Origin: Zancudomyces culisetae HAW-14-8
Taxonomy: Eukaryota > Fungi > Kickxellomycota
DNA: 64,000 nt
Assembly (NCBI GenBank): GCA_052426225.1
Contig: JBNJNM010000011.1
Coordinates: 4,216,001-4,280,000 of the forward strand
Direction of reading: 5' to 3'
Position numbers and translations under genes: made by a program. The notes under the pieces were generated by a model. That model did no database searches and was not told where the DNA came from. It saw nothing but the letters and a program-made list of their open reading frames with translations. Each line of letters begins with the position of its first letter. Positions within the stretch are counted from its first letter, which is position 1. Below are positions 37,901-48,957 of this stretch, in pieces.

Positions 37901-40900
37901 ATATTTTTAATTAAGCGAATCTTGTACAGGTTTTTCCATTTTGTAACAACTGTGTAATTCTCATTAAGTTTTCATCTATAATACAAATTACCATTTATAT
38001 ATCACAAAGTATTTCCATGACATAAAAAAAGCCTGTACACTTACTTGCAGTAAAAAGAAAATCATTCTAGCTTCTTGATTTCGTTTTTAACATCTTGTAG
38101 TTTTTAACAATGCGATTTGTGATTACCAATGCATTCTTCGTTAGATTTGTTATGTAAACAATTAAAAATACCGGTTTAATTTTGCTGAGTCTGTTATTAT
38201 AATATATGAGCCACTCAACCATGCTAATATTTGTAATTTCACAGTTAGGATCAACACATTCTTATAAACACATGATAAAGCCACCAAGAGTAAAGAAAAA
38301 GTATTGCAACTGTTAATGGCAAAATATGCTAGTTTTACTTTTGATGCGCTTATATTTATAACTGTACAATTTATATGCACAAAGTGTATTGTAGGCTAGA
38401 GAAATCATTTGGTTGGGAAAAGCGTGTTGAATGGATATGGATATGGATATGACTTTTCTAGTTGGTGCACTATTTAGGTAAATCTCGGAGAGGAAAGTAT
38501 GTGATGATTAAAAAAGGAATGTTACAAAATTGTGTTTTTATTGAGGAAGATGGTGTAAATGAAACGGCTTTTGTTTTGTTTTGCTTTGCTTAAATGTTTG
38601 TGTTTCCAAAAATATATATATAGTAAACATTCGAAACAAATGCTATAAAAGTACTACATTTGCCAGTAACTAAGAGAAGGGGAAAAAGTAAAAGTTCAAG
38701 TAATTTTACATAGGATAAAACTGGATTGCAAAAAAAAATTCAAACTTGCATCAATGAAACCATTTAATGGAAGTATAAAAGATGAAGAATCAGTGGTCCT
38801 TAAACCCATCACATAGTTGTCATTTATTTTGCTTTTAATAAATCGGCTTTCCTCTTGTGCTTTAACTCCATGTAGGCTAAAAATTCATAATAACACAAAA
38901 ACAGCCGGCCCTATCCATCAATCCACGTTGTTGAAGTATACTAAAAGTATGACTCGTTACCTCTCCTCTTAATTTTTGCAACTTTGTGACTTGTAAATAT
39001 TTCGGGTTTATACATGGAAACCATGAAAACCCGAGGTTCATTTTCGCCTGTAGCGATGTTTTTTTCTGGTATATGTTTAGTTTCTACTTTATAATATTAA
39101 CACCAAAAAAAAACCAAACGCTTTGGGAAAGGATTGACTTTGCCATTTTTTTTAGCTGAAATGAAACCTAAATGAAAAAAAATAAAGAGGATATAAATGA
39201 GGATAATTTTTTCCTAAAGCATAGCTGAAATAAGAGGCTTGGGTTATGATAATTTCAAGATTTATCTAGAGTGAAAGAAAATCAAAACATATTTGCTGAT
39301 TAAGGACTGATTGCATTTTTTTTGGGGAGGTTCATAAATTCTATTTTTATTATTATGGCATGATTTTAACACTAAACAAAAGAAGTGTTCTGTTACCACA
39401 TACAAAATAAACTCGGTAACGACTAACAAGTTTTGTTCCTTTAGCCTAATGTGCAAGGGAAATACAAATAATCAACGGTGTATCAGAAGTGGACTATTTT
39501 AGCTTCCAGCCGTCATTGATGTGGATTTACATAGTTTTCTTTCCTGTAAGTAGATTGGTGTCATTAATTGAATGAGTGTGACTAGGTTTTATTACTGGAC
39601 TGCTTAGTTACGCAGGGCAAAGACGTATATTATGTTAATGAACACTATATGACATCAAGTAGCAATATATCAGGCGGTGTTTGAGGATGGGTTACATATG
39701 AGTTTATGTCGCATTTTTCATGAGAATATAACCACAAATAATGTATTTTGTTTCCCTATCTCTTTTTTTATGAGAACATACTCTCATGGTTACAAATTGG
39801 CGATAAGTGAATGGCAGTCAAATGATTATATCTGTTCATAATCACAACTCTACATATATTTGTAAAAAATAATACATAGACCACAGTTATTTCCTCGATA
39901 AACAATGAGGCGGATTTGAAGGTGTATTAGCCAATATTGCCTTGTATGGCGAAGTTGGTAGTGCAATGGCAAAATAAAGGACACTTTCTAGTAAAACGGT
40001 TTAATTGGTAGTATCATTACTACTAACCAAGAATAGAAATGAAATATTTTGGTTCGTATTGATTTTGAGCACGTGGGTTTTAACGAACCCAAGATCAAGA
40101 TGAAGATGAAGGTGCGTGTGAGGATGAGGGTGAAGTTAATGAAGAACATTGTCCAATTTAATTCTAACATTTCTTGGTATACAAGTTTGTACCAGCAAGC
40201 ACACTAAACCACAATAATGAAAATAGTGTGATGGATACTAAACAAGAGAGGATGTAGGACAAATAATATTTATGAGGGGCTATGATAATGAAAAGTATGT
40301 CATTTAAAGCTCTCTTGCCTTCAATAGACATTAGTTATGGCTAAATTGATTTCATTTAGCCTTCATATATAAATGGAGAGAAAATGCATAATTGCATATA
40401 TTCTTACAACAATATCTAGTTTGAAACCGATAAAGTTTGTTTTCTTATTTGCTTTAAAATTAGACATTGTACAAAGTGTAAGAAGCGTTTCTAGATAATT
40501 CTATAGGAAAAACACAAATAATCATGTAACCAAAGCTGGTGGCATTTTTGAACAACAATCTTGTAAAAAAAAAATTAAAAAAAGCACACACACGCCGCAT
40601 ACCGCATACACAAGACAGTGAGATGGCTACTTTTTTTAAACTTTAGATTTACAAACAGCATTATTAAATGTTGTACTGAACCCCCCAAAAAAACAAGGGC
40701 CACATATATTGTTGAAAGTGTTCAAAACTTTCCCATGCACCTGTTTTTTACATTGTTTTTCTGAGTTTTAATTTTGGTTCTGGCTTTTTATCTCGGCTCT
40801 GGTTTTGATTTAGCTCTTGGTTTGGAGAATGAACAATAAATGAAGCGGAAGGTGCAGGTGGTAAAGGAGAGAGGCAGAGCTTTTTTTTTTGGATTTTTGA

Positions 40901-43401
40901 CTTTGAACATTTGATTGTCATTCACAACAATAGATTGCTTGATTTTCCATGCTCAATATTTATGTTTTTACCTGATTGAAATCAAGTCAGAGAAAAAGTT
41001 AACAAAAACACCAATAAAGACGATTTTTTTTTGAGATTTTAAAGCAAAGTAGAAAAAGAAACCATTAAAAGGGGGGATGAAAAGTAAGGTAAAGTGAATG
41101 AATAGATGGGATCAAGTAACACACACACACACCCACTCAAAAAAGGAGTGGATTGAAGATGTGGTTATCAGCCATGAATTATATGCGCAACCTTGTTTTT
41201 TCAGTTTATTAATGCAAAAGCGTAGCAAGAACTCCAAAAATAAAACTATCTTTAAAAAATACCATTTGGTTTCTATGCATTGTATAGTATATCTTTTAGA
41301 GCGAAAATAAGGGAATGGGTGGAGGCAGAGAAGAACGAATCAGTAAAAAAATACAAAAAAAAGAAAGCACGGGATGAAATACTGATAAGAAAGCTCCAAA
41401 TCAGAATTTCCCCCCTCCCTCCCCGCCCCAGCTGGATTGAAGATTTGACATTCATGCTTATTGTAAAATGGATAGTGGCTATTTGCTTTAACTAAAAAAA
41501 ATAAATGGACAAAGGGGGGAGGGGAATAACGAAAAAACAAATTAAGAACGTTGCTTAATCAGAAAAATATTTTTATTGTTATTTTTTCAATGTATGCATT
41601 TATGAATAATTGCAGGGTTTTGGAGAATTGGGGAGGAAGCGGAAGAAACAAGAGGTAAAAGTATATTAGAGGGAGAGGAAAGGGGGGAGGCAAAGGAGAA
41701 TACGGGTCCAGTTTTCATGCTAGGTCAAAATAAAGTACTTATTGACCATTAAAACAGCACTCCAAAAGCCACAAATGATAAGGGAGGTGGGCCTAGGGTT
41801 GACGGATGTCTATTTTTCACCACAAATAATGTGGAATAAGAAAGAGTAAGGCGGAGAGAAATTATAATGAGAGGGTAAAAAGAAATGAAAAAAGTGAGCA
41901 ATTATTTTTGAAAATATGAATAGCATTGCTGAAATAAAAAAAACAATATAAAAACTAGGAAATTCCCAGACCGAAAAAGGTCTAGCAAGAAAAAAAAACA
42001 CCTTTTTTGATGTTCGATATTATAAGCAAATACACATATTTTACTTGGCATAGTCAATAATCAATTGCATTTCATTAATTTTGGAGCATTATTAAGATAC
42101 CGAATCATTCAAAGAGGAAAAAGTAAACCAAAAAAATCATTTGCGGATTACTTTATAATTATCTAAAGGCTATTCAGTTAAACCAATCGATAAATACTAA
42201 TACATAATATTCATTGGTTACGAACAACGTCGAAATACCAATTTAAAATACAAAGGTAAATTTTTTTACTCATGTTCCCACTATTTGGTCAGATGGTTAT
42301 TTTCTTTCTTTTTCAGGCTTTGATTACATTTTGTTGGCCTTTTTGCCAAAAAAAAGAAAAAGTATTGCGTATTTTTTGGCAGTATTGCAAATGTAAGAAA
42401 ATCATAAATGTGGAAATTAAAAAGAACTAGATATTGGTAAAAAAAAGGACACGAATAGTAATAAAATGGGGAAAATGGAGGAAAGAAGATGAAAAAGAGA
42501 GATAGGAGGAAAGTAGCTGTGAATGTGAGTGTTGGTACTGGAATGGATAGCCAAGTAGTATGTGTTAATAAACCAAACAGCAAATCAAATTTATGAATGA
42601 AAATTTGTCGAGGACTAAGCCCTACATAATTATCAATTGTGTGATTAGCAAAAAAAAAAGTGGTGTTTATTACATAATCCACAGAAATAAAAAGCGATGG
42701 GAGGAGAGATAGGAGGGAGAGCGTAATTTTGCAAAACAAGGTTGAAATTTGTTGGTAGTGTAATAAAAAGGAACATGAAAATCAATTTTTATATGAAAAA
42801 TTGAAAGTGTATAGTTGTGCCCAGGCTAGGCCGGGTAAAACAGAGCAACGTGTATTTCTAGATGGTTAAGACTGGTGGGAAAATAACAAGACAAAAAAAT
42901 CTAGCCACACACGGCATGACAAAGAACAAATTTAATATCAAATTCTGATTGTGGACAAATAACAAGTAAAGAAAAAAAGGCAATTAATTAAAACAAAATG
43001 ACACTTTTTTTGGCTGAAGAAAAATGGACAGATAAATAGAATGGAAATAAAATAAGCACGGGATTTTGAGAAAGCACAATAGCTCTGTGTCATATATTTT
43101 CAATTATTTTGTAAAAAGGGGGGCAAAAGAAAAAAATAATCAAAAAAAAAACTGAAATTATTTTTGGGTGTATTAAACTTAAAAGTTGCTAAAACGGCGA
43201 AAATATTCAAATAATTTCTTTGATGATAAAGACTAGGCATTTTTATTTTTAACTTTAATATAATTAATATACCTAATATAATATAGCACAACCAACGGAC
43301 TCACTGAGAAGTACCTTGTTTAGGATACTTATTGTAGATCTACTTTAGTAACTGGAAAAAGGAAGCATCATTTGTGAGGAGAACGCAATAGAAAGCAACA
43401 G

Positions 43402-43578
43402 GTAAGAAAGATTTTGTTTTTTTTTTTAGGAGGGGGGGGGGTGATATTCGATAATATATCGGAAAAAGAGGAATGCGAAGGATAGTTGGTGAAGGGTAAA
43501 TTATTTGTAGTAAAGGGCGAAAGGATAGTTAAAAGAATTTAAAAGTTGCTAACTAAGAATAAATTGATCAATAAATAG
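43402..43578 (+). other. Putative 5'-UTR intron of JSN1/PUF2
   Basis: CAG|GTAAGA donor, GCTAAC branch site near 43548 and AATAG acceptor, about 180 nt upstream of the ATG. Confidence 0.6.
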
Positions 43579-43761
43579 AGTAGAAAAATAGTGATATAAT
43601 TCATAAAAAGTAATAGCTGATATTACAGAAAAAAAGGAGACAACTGTAATTGTATTTCAAAGATAAAGAATAAGACTACTATTCAAGAAGTAAAGACAAG
43701 AAGGGGAAAAAAGTAATAACAAGCACAAAGCAAAATCAAACAGCAGGAAAAAAGAAAAAAA

Positions 43762-46700
43762 ATGATGAAAGAGTTGGATATAAGTAAAGGTACAAAGGTA
43801 GAGTACAGTAATACAAATAACACAACAGACACAGCGTATGAAAGAGAGGTGGTGGACAAGATAGTGTTGGATGGATGGACCAAGGGTCACAGAGGAGAGG
43901 GTATTTATGACAGTAGAGAAACTACAAAAGGCCCAGAGGGAGAGGAGGAGAGAGAAAACGAAAAGTCGGATAAAATGGGGGGAAAAGAAGGGTTTACGGC
44001 GATTAGGGCGGTGAGGACGGATCAAGACGAGGGGATCCGACATATGAGGACAAAGTCATATGGAACATCATTGTTGGATATGATGAATGCAAGATCTGGC
44101 GATTATGGAAGAAGAACCTGGCGGTTTTATGATAATGAAGAGATGCCAACAACACAGTTTGAGCGACTAGGATTGAAGAATACAGGTGAAAACAAGATGG
44201 ATGTGGGCTCTCGGGGAAGAGAGGAAATGAGGATGGGAATGGAGAAGGAGAGGCAGCGCGGAGAAGGGTTTGGAGGGCCAATTGCAGAGATATCAAATGA
44301 AAGTATATTTGGGTTGCCACCAGGAATACAACATCCACCACCGGGATTGGAGGATGGGACAGTGAGAGCGAAAGAGACAGAAGGGAGCAATGAAGTGAAT
44401 GAAAGAGCAGTGGGGTCATCTGTAGTATATGGGATAGCGGAAGAAAATGTATGGGGAAGTGATAGTGTAGCGGTGCCTACAAGAGTGAATAAAGATTTTG
44501 GGATGGGATATCTAGACCAAGGAAGTGAAACGGTGATAGGAAAAGAGAAAGGAGTAGGAAGCGGAGAGAAGGAAAGAGAAATGAAGAGTGTTGAGGGGGT
44601 GGAGGGAACAGCTATTAACCGAGGAATTTCAGCACCAGATACATGGGACAACTGGAGAACAACCAAGGCGCGATTGCAGGGCTATTCGTTTGGAGATACA
44701 GCGAGGAACGACAAGCTGAACTTCAGTTCGCTAGGACAAGGGATGGAGTTTAAAGCACATGCTAGATCGCATACTTTAGGGAATGCAACAGATGTAGATA
44801 ACTTTATAGGGCGAAGACCGCTAGAAGGACTTGGAACAGCGGGGATTCGCGGATATTTGGGGCGAATGGGGACAGGGTTCGGGTATGACATGGAATACAA
44901 TGAGAATGAGATGGCACCGCAAGCACAGATGTTGGGTAACAGACATTTGAGACAAGGGTCACTAAACTTTTTGGGACAGGGTGATGCAATGCGAATGGGG
45001 CGAGGTAAGCCAGCAACTACACTTAGCCACGATGTTTCGGTCTCAGGGTCGAATGAGAGTAATTTTTCGGCAGTGGGACGAGCAGGAACTAGCGGATTAT
45101 TGCATGGTATTGGACTTGGCGACAGTCGACACATTAGCTCGATGTCACTGAGTGGAAGTATTGGATCGATTGGTGAGCTGGCACCAACACGGTCGTTGTG
45201 GGTAGGAAACCTGGATTTGGCGATTACACCACGCGAGTTGATATCGATGTTTGGTAAATATGGACGTATTGAGAGTCTGCGAACTCTGCCAGATAAGGAA
45301 TGTGCGTTTATTAACTTTATGAGACTAGAGGATGCTATGCGAGCACACGACGAGATGCAAGGTGGAATGGTAGGAAACTGCACAGTGAGAGTAGGGTATG
45401 GGCGTGGCGAGGGATATGCTAGTAGTGATGCACAGGCGATGCAGCCTACACGGGCTTTGTGGGTTGGAAATATATCACCAAACACAACAGCAGGATCGTT
45501 GCGACAATTGTTTGAGCAGTTTGGAGCGGTTGAAAGTGCACGAATTCTGACACAGAAAAACTGTGGGTTTGTGAACTTTGAAAGATTGGAAGACTCGGTG
45601 AGAGCTAAGCAAGCGACTAATGGTAAGGAGTTGGATGGAATGGTTTTGCGTATTGGGTATGCTAAAGTACCACTTAAAGGTGTTGAGGGTCATCATCGTC
45701 TGCGTAATATGATTCCAACAGCACCACCTCTTACAATGAGTGGTCGTATTGCCGAAGCAAATGCCATTTTGGGTACATCTACAGTTGGGTTGGGAAATGA
45801 AGATGTGCTAGAGCCTGGAGTCCCGGCTATGGATGAACAGCTGGTCGCTTTCCCATACGTCACATCTTTGCCACCACTGCCTGAATCACGCGATTTGCCA
45901 TTCTCGCAAGCCAAACTGCGCGAAATGCGAAAGCGGCTGGACGTACAGTGTCCATCAGGTGAATTTGATGCTATTTTTAACGAATCTCTTCATGTATTGG
46001 CAGAATTATGTACAGATTATGTTGGAAACATGTTGGTCCAGCGCCTGGCCGAACGTGCAACCAGCGCTCAGAAACTGGCTATGATATCTGCAGTTTCTCG
46101 CCACATTGCAGCCATTGGTGTTCACAAAAATGGTACCTGGGCTATTCAAAAGCTGATCGACTGCTGCTCCTCTGCTGATCAGCAGTCCGCCATTGTCGAT
46201 GCTTTGCGTCCATTTATTCCTCAGCTGCTGCTCGACCAGCTTGGTAATTATGTTGTCCAGTGCTGTCTTCCATTTGCCGATGGTCGCAACCAGTTCATTT
46301 TTGAAGCTATCCATGCTCGTTGTTGGGAAATCGCCCAGGGCCGCTTTGGTGCTCGTGCTATTCGCACTTGTTTGGAACATCCAAATACTTCTCGATCGCA
46401 GCAGAAACTCGTTGCTGTCTCTTTGGTTCTTGACTCTGTTTCACTTGCTACAAACCCCAATGGAAATATCCTCATCACCTGGCTCCTTGATATTTCTGCC
46501 TTCCCCGGCCGTTTCCGTGTATTGGCTCCTCAGCTCGCCTGCCATTTGCGCCATCTTTGTACTCACAAACTTGGTTCGACCTCTATTCTCAAACTCATTG
46601 ATCAGCGCCAAGAACCCGATGCCCGTGATCTTTTGCTCAACACTCTCTTCTTCAATCCTGAGCCTCAGGTTCTTGAGGATATTGTTTCTGATCAAGTTCA

Positions 46701-47112
46701 TGGTGCTTCTCTTGTTTTACGCATCTTGTCTTGCTCAAACATCGATGATATCGAAAAGCTTCGTATTTCTGTCCGTGTTCAAGCCTCATTGCAACCTCTA
46801 CAAAAACAAGGTGTCCAGGGTTATCAGAAACTTGCCGATCTTGTTGATTCCATTCTGATTTCTTCAAACAAGCTTAGCCTCCAACCTTCCATCTCCTCTT
46901 CATCTTCTTCATCTTCTTCGATTCCTCAAGCTGACCCCATTTCCTCAATCACCATAACTCTTCAAAACTCTGATCTTTATTCTTCTCCTTCAAATAACAA
47001 CGGCTCTACACCTGATTCTTTTTTACCAACTTCACAATCAAACAATCCTACCAACCAACAATACTTCTCTAGTTCTATACTATCTTCATCCTATGTGAAT
47101 TTTTCAAATTAA
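43762..47112 (+). CDS. JSN1: Jsn1/Puf2-family RNA-binding protein (2 RRM + Pumilio repeats)
   Basis: RRMs PTRSLWVGNL...KECAFINF and PTRALWVGNI...KNCGFVNF. PUF repeats DYVGNMLVQRL, HKNGTWAIQKL, DQLGNYVVQC and GRFGARAIR. Confidence 0.92.
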   Translation: MMKELDISKGTKVEYSNTNNTTDTAYEREVVDKIVLDGWTKGHRGEGIYDSRETTKGPEGEEERENEKSDKMGGKEGFTAIRAVRTDQDEGIRHMRTKSYGTSLLDMMNARSGDYGRRTWRFYDNEEMPTTQFERLGLKNTGENKMDVGSRGREEMRMGMEKERQRGEGFGGPIAEISNESIFGLPPGIQHPPPGLEDGTVRAKETEGSNEVNERAVGSSVVYGIAEENVWGSDSVAVPTRVNKDFGMGYLDQGSETVIGKEKGVGSGEKEREMKSVEGVEGTAINRGISAPDTWDNWRTTKARLQGYSFGDTARNDKLNFSSLGQGMEFKAHARSHTLGNATDVDNFIGRRPLEGLGTAGIRGYLGRMGTGFGYDMEYNENEMAPQAQMLGNRHLRQGSLNFLGQGDAMRMGRGKPATTLSHDVSVSGSNESNFSAVGRAGTSGLLHGIGLGDSRHISSMSLSGSIGSIGELAPTRSLWVGNLDLAITPRELISMFGKYGRIESLRTLPDKECAFINFMRLEDAMRAHDEMQGGMVGNCTVRVGYGRGEGYASSDAQAMQPTRALWVGNISPNTTAGSLRQLFEQFGAVESARILTQKNCGFVNFERLEDSVRAKQATNGKELDGMVLRIGYAKVPLKGVEGHHRLRNMIPTAPPLTMSGRIAEANAILGTSTVGLGNEDVLEPGVPAMDEQLVAFPYVTSLPPLPESRDLPFSQAKLREMRKRLDVQCPSGEFDAIFNESLHVLAELCTDYVGNMLVQRLAERATSAQKLAMISAVSRHIAAIGVHKNGTWAIQKLIDCCSSADQQSAIVDALRPFIPQLLLDQLGNYVVQCCLPFADGRNQFIFEAIHARCWEIAQGRFGARAIRTCLEHPNTSRSQQKLVAVSLVLDSVSLATNPNGNILITWLLDISAFPGRFRVLAPQLACHLRHLCTHKLGSTSILKLIDQRQEPDARDLLLNTLFFNPEPQVLEDIVSDQVHGASLVLRILSCSNIDDIEKLRISVRVQASLQPLQKQGVQGYQKLADLVDSILISSNKLSLQPSISSSSSSSSSIPQADPISSITITLQNSDLYSSPSNNNGSTPDSFLPTSQSNNPTNQQYFSSSILSSSYVNFSN

Positions 47113-47512
47113 TCTTTTCTATTTATTTTGTACTACTCATATTTATTTAATTATTTAATCTTATCTTTTGGTATTAATGGTCCATTCATTTATATTTCAT
47201 TATTTATTTTAAAAAATCCAAGCAGCAAGAGGAGTGGCTGGAGGAGGAGGACATGAAAGACGGAATTAACTATACTTTTTAATAATAAACACACAAAGCT
47301 GATCAAGGTATTTAAATCATGTGAATTCGACAAGATAAAAAATTTTCAACTCGTTTCATCTTTTTATTTTTGCGCACAAACATTGTTTTTTTTTGAAAGG
47401 GAGAAATAATTGATAATGTTAATAGCCAAATCAACTCAAATACAAAATATATTTGCTTTGGATAAATTTGATCTAGTTTTGTAAAAGAAAAAGAATTTCA
47501 AAAGAGCTCAAA

Positions 47513-48835
47513 ATGGGTTTAAATCAGTATTTCAAGACAAAGACATCAAGACCACCCAAGACCGAGCTAAAAGTAGCAAAGTTGAGTGATTTCCATGCGC
47601 ATTTGCGACAAGGGGAGATTTTGCAGCAATTGGGCAAAATACTGCAAGATGAAAGTACAGCAACACAGCTTTTGTATGTTATGCCAAATACACAACCACC
47701 GATATTAACAACACGGGATGCCCAAAGGTACTATAAAGAAATCAAGACAGCGTTTGGCAATGGTAATAAGGCGGAGGATATAGATGTAGTCATGACATTA
47801 TATTTTCATCAGGGATTGACAGAGGCAGAAATAGTCGAGGCTAAGCAAAGCGGAATTGTTGGTGGGGTCAAGCTATATCCAATGGGGGTGACTACAAATT
47901 CTTCGCTGGCTGGAATCACAGTTGATTGGAGACGTGAGCATTATATTTCCGAATTTATTGAAAAGTACCATCATGTATTCGTTGCCATGCAACGCGAAGG
48001 ATTGGTTTTAAATATTCATGGTGAATGTTGTCCAATAAGCACAACAACAACATCTGGTGATGATGATGATAATGATAATGATGATGCTAGTTTAAAAGAT
48101 GCTGATGTTTGTGTAATGGATGCAGAACTTCGTTTCCTTCCAATTCTTGTAGAACTTTCAACACGATACCCTCAACTAAAAATCGTTATGGAACATGCAT
48201 CATCACTCCAAACCATCCAAACCATACTGGAACTAGGCAACAGCGAGAATAGCAACGGTTCTAACGTGGCCTGTTCTATCACCGCCCACCATCTATGTCT
48301 TATCGTTGACGATTGGCTTCAGAACCCAAACAATTTCTGCAAACCTGTCCCTAAATACCCCGCTGACCGCGCCGCCTTACGTAAAATCATTGCTAGTAAA
48401 AACCCACGTTTCTTCCTTGGCTCTGACTCTGCTCCTCACCTCTATACCGCCAAATACCCCACTTTTAACCCCGATCCTAACCCTTGTGATGCTGCTTTAA
48501 ATACTAATTGCAACTCTAGAGCCGCTGGTGTATTTACCACCCCTATCCTAATGCCCCTCCTTGTCTCTATCTTTGACGCCCTTGATATCCTCGATTGTTT
48601 TGACGACTTTGTGTCTAATTTCGGTCGTCAATTCTATAGCTCTGTACTCTCTTCACCAAACTATTCTCATAAAAACAATAATGACAATAATAACGATAAT
48701 AATACTGTTACAGTGATCAAATCTCCTACTCAAATTCCAAACATTTATTATCTCAATCAAGATGATCATAATGATAAACGTGGTGTAATTCCATTTTTGG
48801 CCGGTTCTGAACTTCCTTGGTCTGTCAAACTTTGA
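47513..48835 (+). CDS. URA4: Dihydroorotase (homodimeric type)
   Basis: DFHAHLRQG, YVMPN, KLYPMGVTTNS, LNIHGE, MEH, ITAHHL, FCKPVPK and FFLGSDSAPH. Confidence 0.96.
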   Translation: MGLNQYFKTKTSRPPKTELKVAKLSDFHAHLRQGEILQQLGKILQDESTATQLLYVMPNTQPPILTTRDAQRYYKEIKTAFGNGNKAEDIDVVMTLYFHQGLTEAEIVEAKQSGIVGGVKLYPMGVTTNSSLAGITVDWRREHYISEFIEKYHHVFVAMQREGLVLNIHGECCPISTTTTSGDDDDNDNDDASLKDADVCVMDAELRFLPILVELSTRYPQLKIVMEHASSLQTIQTILELGNSENSNGSNVACSITAHHLCLIVDDWLQNPNNFCKPVPKYPADRAALRKIIASKNPRFFLGSDSAPHLYTAKYPTFNPDPNPCDAALNTNCNSRAAGVFTTPILMPLLVSIFDALDILDCFDDFVSNFGRQFYSSVLSSPNYSHKNNNDNNNDNNTVTVIKSPTQIPNIYYLNQDDHNDKRGVIPFLAGSELPWSVKL

Positions 48836-48957
48836 TTCCTTTTTTCGTTCTTTATTTCTTTTTTTATTTCTTTAAAATAAAAATAAGTTATATATATATA
48901 AATATATAAATATATAAAGAGGGAAAATAATCTAATAGTACTCTTTGTTTAGAATTA

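Noticed and set aside
40085-40160. Coding-like acidic stretch (QDQDEDEGACEDEGE) in the gene desert
   Set aside because: Short, with no start or convincing splice sites; consistent with a decayed GATGAA microsatellite.
23940-48835. ADE6 and URA4 as a nucleotide-biosynthesis cluster
   Set aside because: They are about 19 kb apart with unrelated genes between them and no shared motif was seen.
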